Assembly (NCBI RefSeq): GCF_009914755.1
Contig: NC_060936.1
Source of the DNA: the human T2T-CHM13v2.0 reference genome, Homo sapiens
DNA length: 64,000 nt
Direction: 5' to 3' (one strand)
The notes below the pieces were generated by a model. The model did no database searches and was not told the origin of the DNA. It saw only the letters and a program-made list of their open reading frames with translations. Positions 61,739-64,000 of the stretch are shown here, one piece after another (position 1 is the first letter of the stretch; each line of letters begins with the position of its first letter). Made by a program: the position numbers and the translations under genes.

Positions 61739-64000
61739 TGTATTAGTGTGCTCTCACATTGCTAATAAAGACATACCTGAGACTGGGTAATTTATAAAGA
61801 AAAAGAGATTCAACAGACTCACAGTTTCACATGGCTAGGGAGGCCTCACAATCAAGGTGGAAGGTAAAGGAGGAGCAGAGACGTCTCTTACATGACGGCA
61901 GGCAAGAGAAGTGCCGAGCAAAAGGGGGAAAAGCTTCATATAAAACTATCGGATCTTGTGAGAACTCGCTCATTATCACGAGAGCAGCATAAGGGTAACT
62001 GCCCCAATGATTCAATTACCTCCACCTGAGCCTGCCCTTAACACATGGGGATTATTACAATTCGAAGTAAGATGTGGGTGGGGACACAGCCAAACCATAT
62101 CATCCCGCCCCCTCCCAAATCTCATGTCCTCACATTTCAAAACCAGTCATACCTTCCCAGCAGTCCCCCAAAGTCTTAAGTCATTTCAGCATTCACTCAA
62201 AAGTCAACAGTTTAAAATCTCATCTGAGACAAGGCAAGTCTCTTCCACCTAGGAACCTGTAAAATTAAAAGCAATTTAGTTACTTTCCAGATACAGTGGC
62301 AGTACAGGCATTGGGTAAATACACCCATTCCAAATGGGAGAAATTGCCCACAGCATGGGGCTACAGGCCCCATGCAGGTCCAAAATCCAATGGGGCAGTC
62401 AAATCTTAAAGCTCCAAAATGATCTCTTTTGATTCCATGTCTCACATCTAGGTTATGCTGATGCAAAAGGTGGGCTGCCACAGCCCTGGGCAGCTCCGCC
62501 TCTGTGGGTTTGCAAGGTACAACCTCCCTCTTGACTGCTTTCACAGGCTGGTGTTGAGTGTCTGCAGTTTTTCCAGGTACATGGTGCAAGTTGTTGGTGG
62601 ATCCACCATTTTGGGGTGTAGAGGATGGTGACCCTCTTCTCACAGCTCCACTAGGCAGTGCCCAAGTGGGGACTCTGTGTGAGGTCTCCAACCCCACATT
62701 TCCCTTCCACACTGCCTTAGCAGAAGTTCTCCATGAGGGCCCAGCCCCTGCAGCACACCTCTGCCTGGACATCCACGCATTTCCACACATTCTCTGAAAT
62801 CTAGGTGGAGGTTCCCAAACCTCAATTATTGACTTCTGTGCACCTGCAGACTCAACACCACATGGAAGCTGCCAAAACTTGGGGCTTGTACCCCCTGAAG
62901 CCATGACCTGAGCTGTACCTTGGCCCCTTTTAGCCATGGCTGGAGCAGCTGGGATGCAGGGCACTAAGTCCCTAGGCTGCACACAACAGGGCGGCCCTGG
63001 GGCCAGCCCCTGAAACCATTTTTTTCCTCCTAGGCCTCTGGGCCTGAGATGGGAGGGGCTGCTGCAAAGGTCTCTGACATGCCCCGAAGACGTTTTCCCC
63101 ATTGTCTTGGTGATTAACATTGGGCTTCTCATTACTTACGCAAATTTCTGTAGCAGGCTTGAATTTCTTCCCAGAAAATGGGTTTTTCTTTTTTACTGCA
63201 TTGTCAGGCTACAAATTTCCCAAACTTTTATTTTCTGCTTCCTCTTGAACCATTTTGCCACTTAAAAATTTCTTCTTCCAGATACCCTTAATCATCTCTC
63301 TCAAAGTTCCACAGAACTCTATTGCAGAGGCAAAATGCCACCAGTCTCTTCGCATAGCAAGAGTGACCTTTACTTCAGTTCCCAAAAGTTCCTCATCTTC
63401 ATCTGAGACCACCTCAACCCGGACCTTATTGTTCATATCGCTATCAGCATTTTGGTCAAAGCCATTCAACCAGTCTCTAGGAAGTTCCAAACTCTCCCAC
63501 ATCTTTTTGTCTTCTGAGTACTCCAAACCTCTAGGAAGTTCCAAACTTTGTCACATTTTCCTGTCTTCTTCTGAGCCCTCCAAACTGTTCCAACCTCTGC
63601 CTGTTACCCATTTCCAAAGTTGCTTCCACATTTTCGGTATCTTTACAGCAGTGCCCCACGACCTGGTACCAATTTATTATATTAGTCTGTTCTCACGTTG
63701 CTAATAGACATGCCTGTGACTGGGTAATTTATAAGGAAAAAGAAGTTTAATGGACTCACAGTTTCAGGTGGCTGAAGAGGCCTCACAGTTATGATGGAAG
63801 GTGAAGGAAGAACAAAGGCACATCTTACATGGTGGCGGGCAAGAGAAGTGTTGAGCAAAAGGGGGCAAAGTCCTTTATAAAACCATCAGATCTCGTGCGA
63901 ACTCACTCACTATTACAAGAACAACATGAAGGTAACCACCCCCACGATTCAATTACCTCTACCTGGACCTGCCCTTGACACATGGGGATTATTACAATTC
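61739..64000 (-). mobile_element. THE1D-like MaLR provirus (LTR 61739-62102; second LTR from 63678 runs off the window)
   Basis: Paired LTRs and an internal region homologous to the THE1A internal region, with a 306-aa residual ORF at 62212-63132. Confidence 0.93.

Noticed and set aside
63475-63585. ~54-bp tandem duplication in the THE1D internal region (single copy in the THE1A)
   Set aside because: The copies are diverged and probably inherited from the subfamily master rather than locus-specific. This needs a Dfam check.

Overview
This is 64 kb of primate genomic DNA, almost certainly human because it carries a young AluYa5-type insertion. It is AT-rich, intergenic or intronic, and dominated by transposons. 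No intact, recognisable protein-coding gene is present, and the long ORFs in the track come from L1, Alu or MaLR elements. Firm features are a processed HSPE1 (Hsp10) pseudogene, a near-full-length L1PA6-like element with an internal deletion and an open antisense ORF0, two THE1 MaLR proviruses, several shorter L1s, many Alus, and older LTR, DNA-transposon, MIR and L2 fragments. The most notable structures are repair and retrotransposition fossils: a two-template insertion flanked by a 50-bp duplication (23.7-24.2 kb), a fold-back inverted duplication inside an Alu (25.1-28.0 kb), a twin-primed L1 with a perfect 62-bp hairpin (52.3 kb), and an L1 3' transduction (55.7 kb). More speculatively, a chain of + strand micro-exons, all multiples of 3 nt (37.7-48.5 kb), reads either as a decayed small secreted-peptide gene or as an in-frame partner for the L1 ORF0. 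Repeat subfamily names come from recalled consensus sequences, not from a search, and boundaries of old repeats are approximate.
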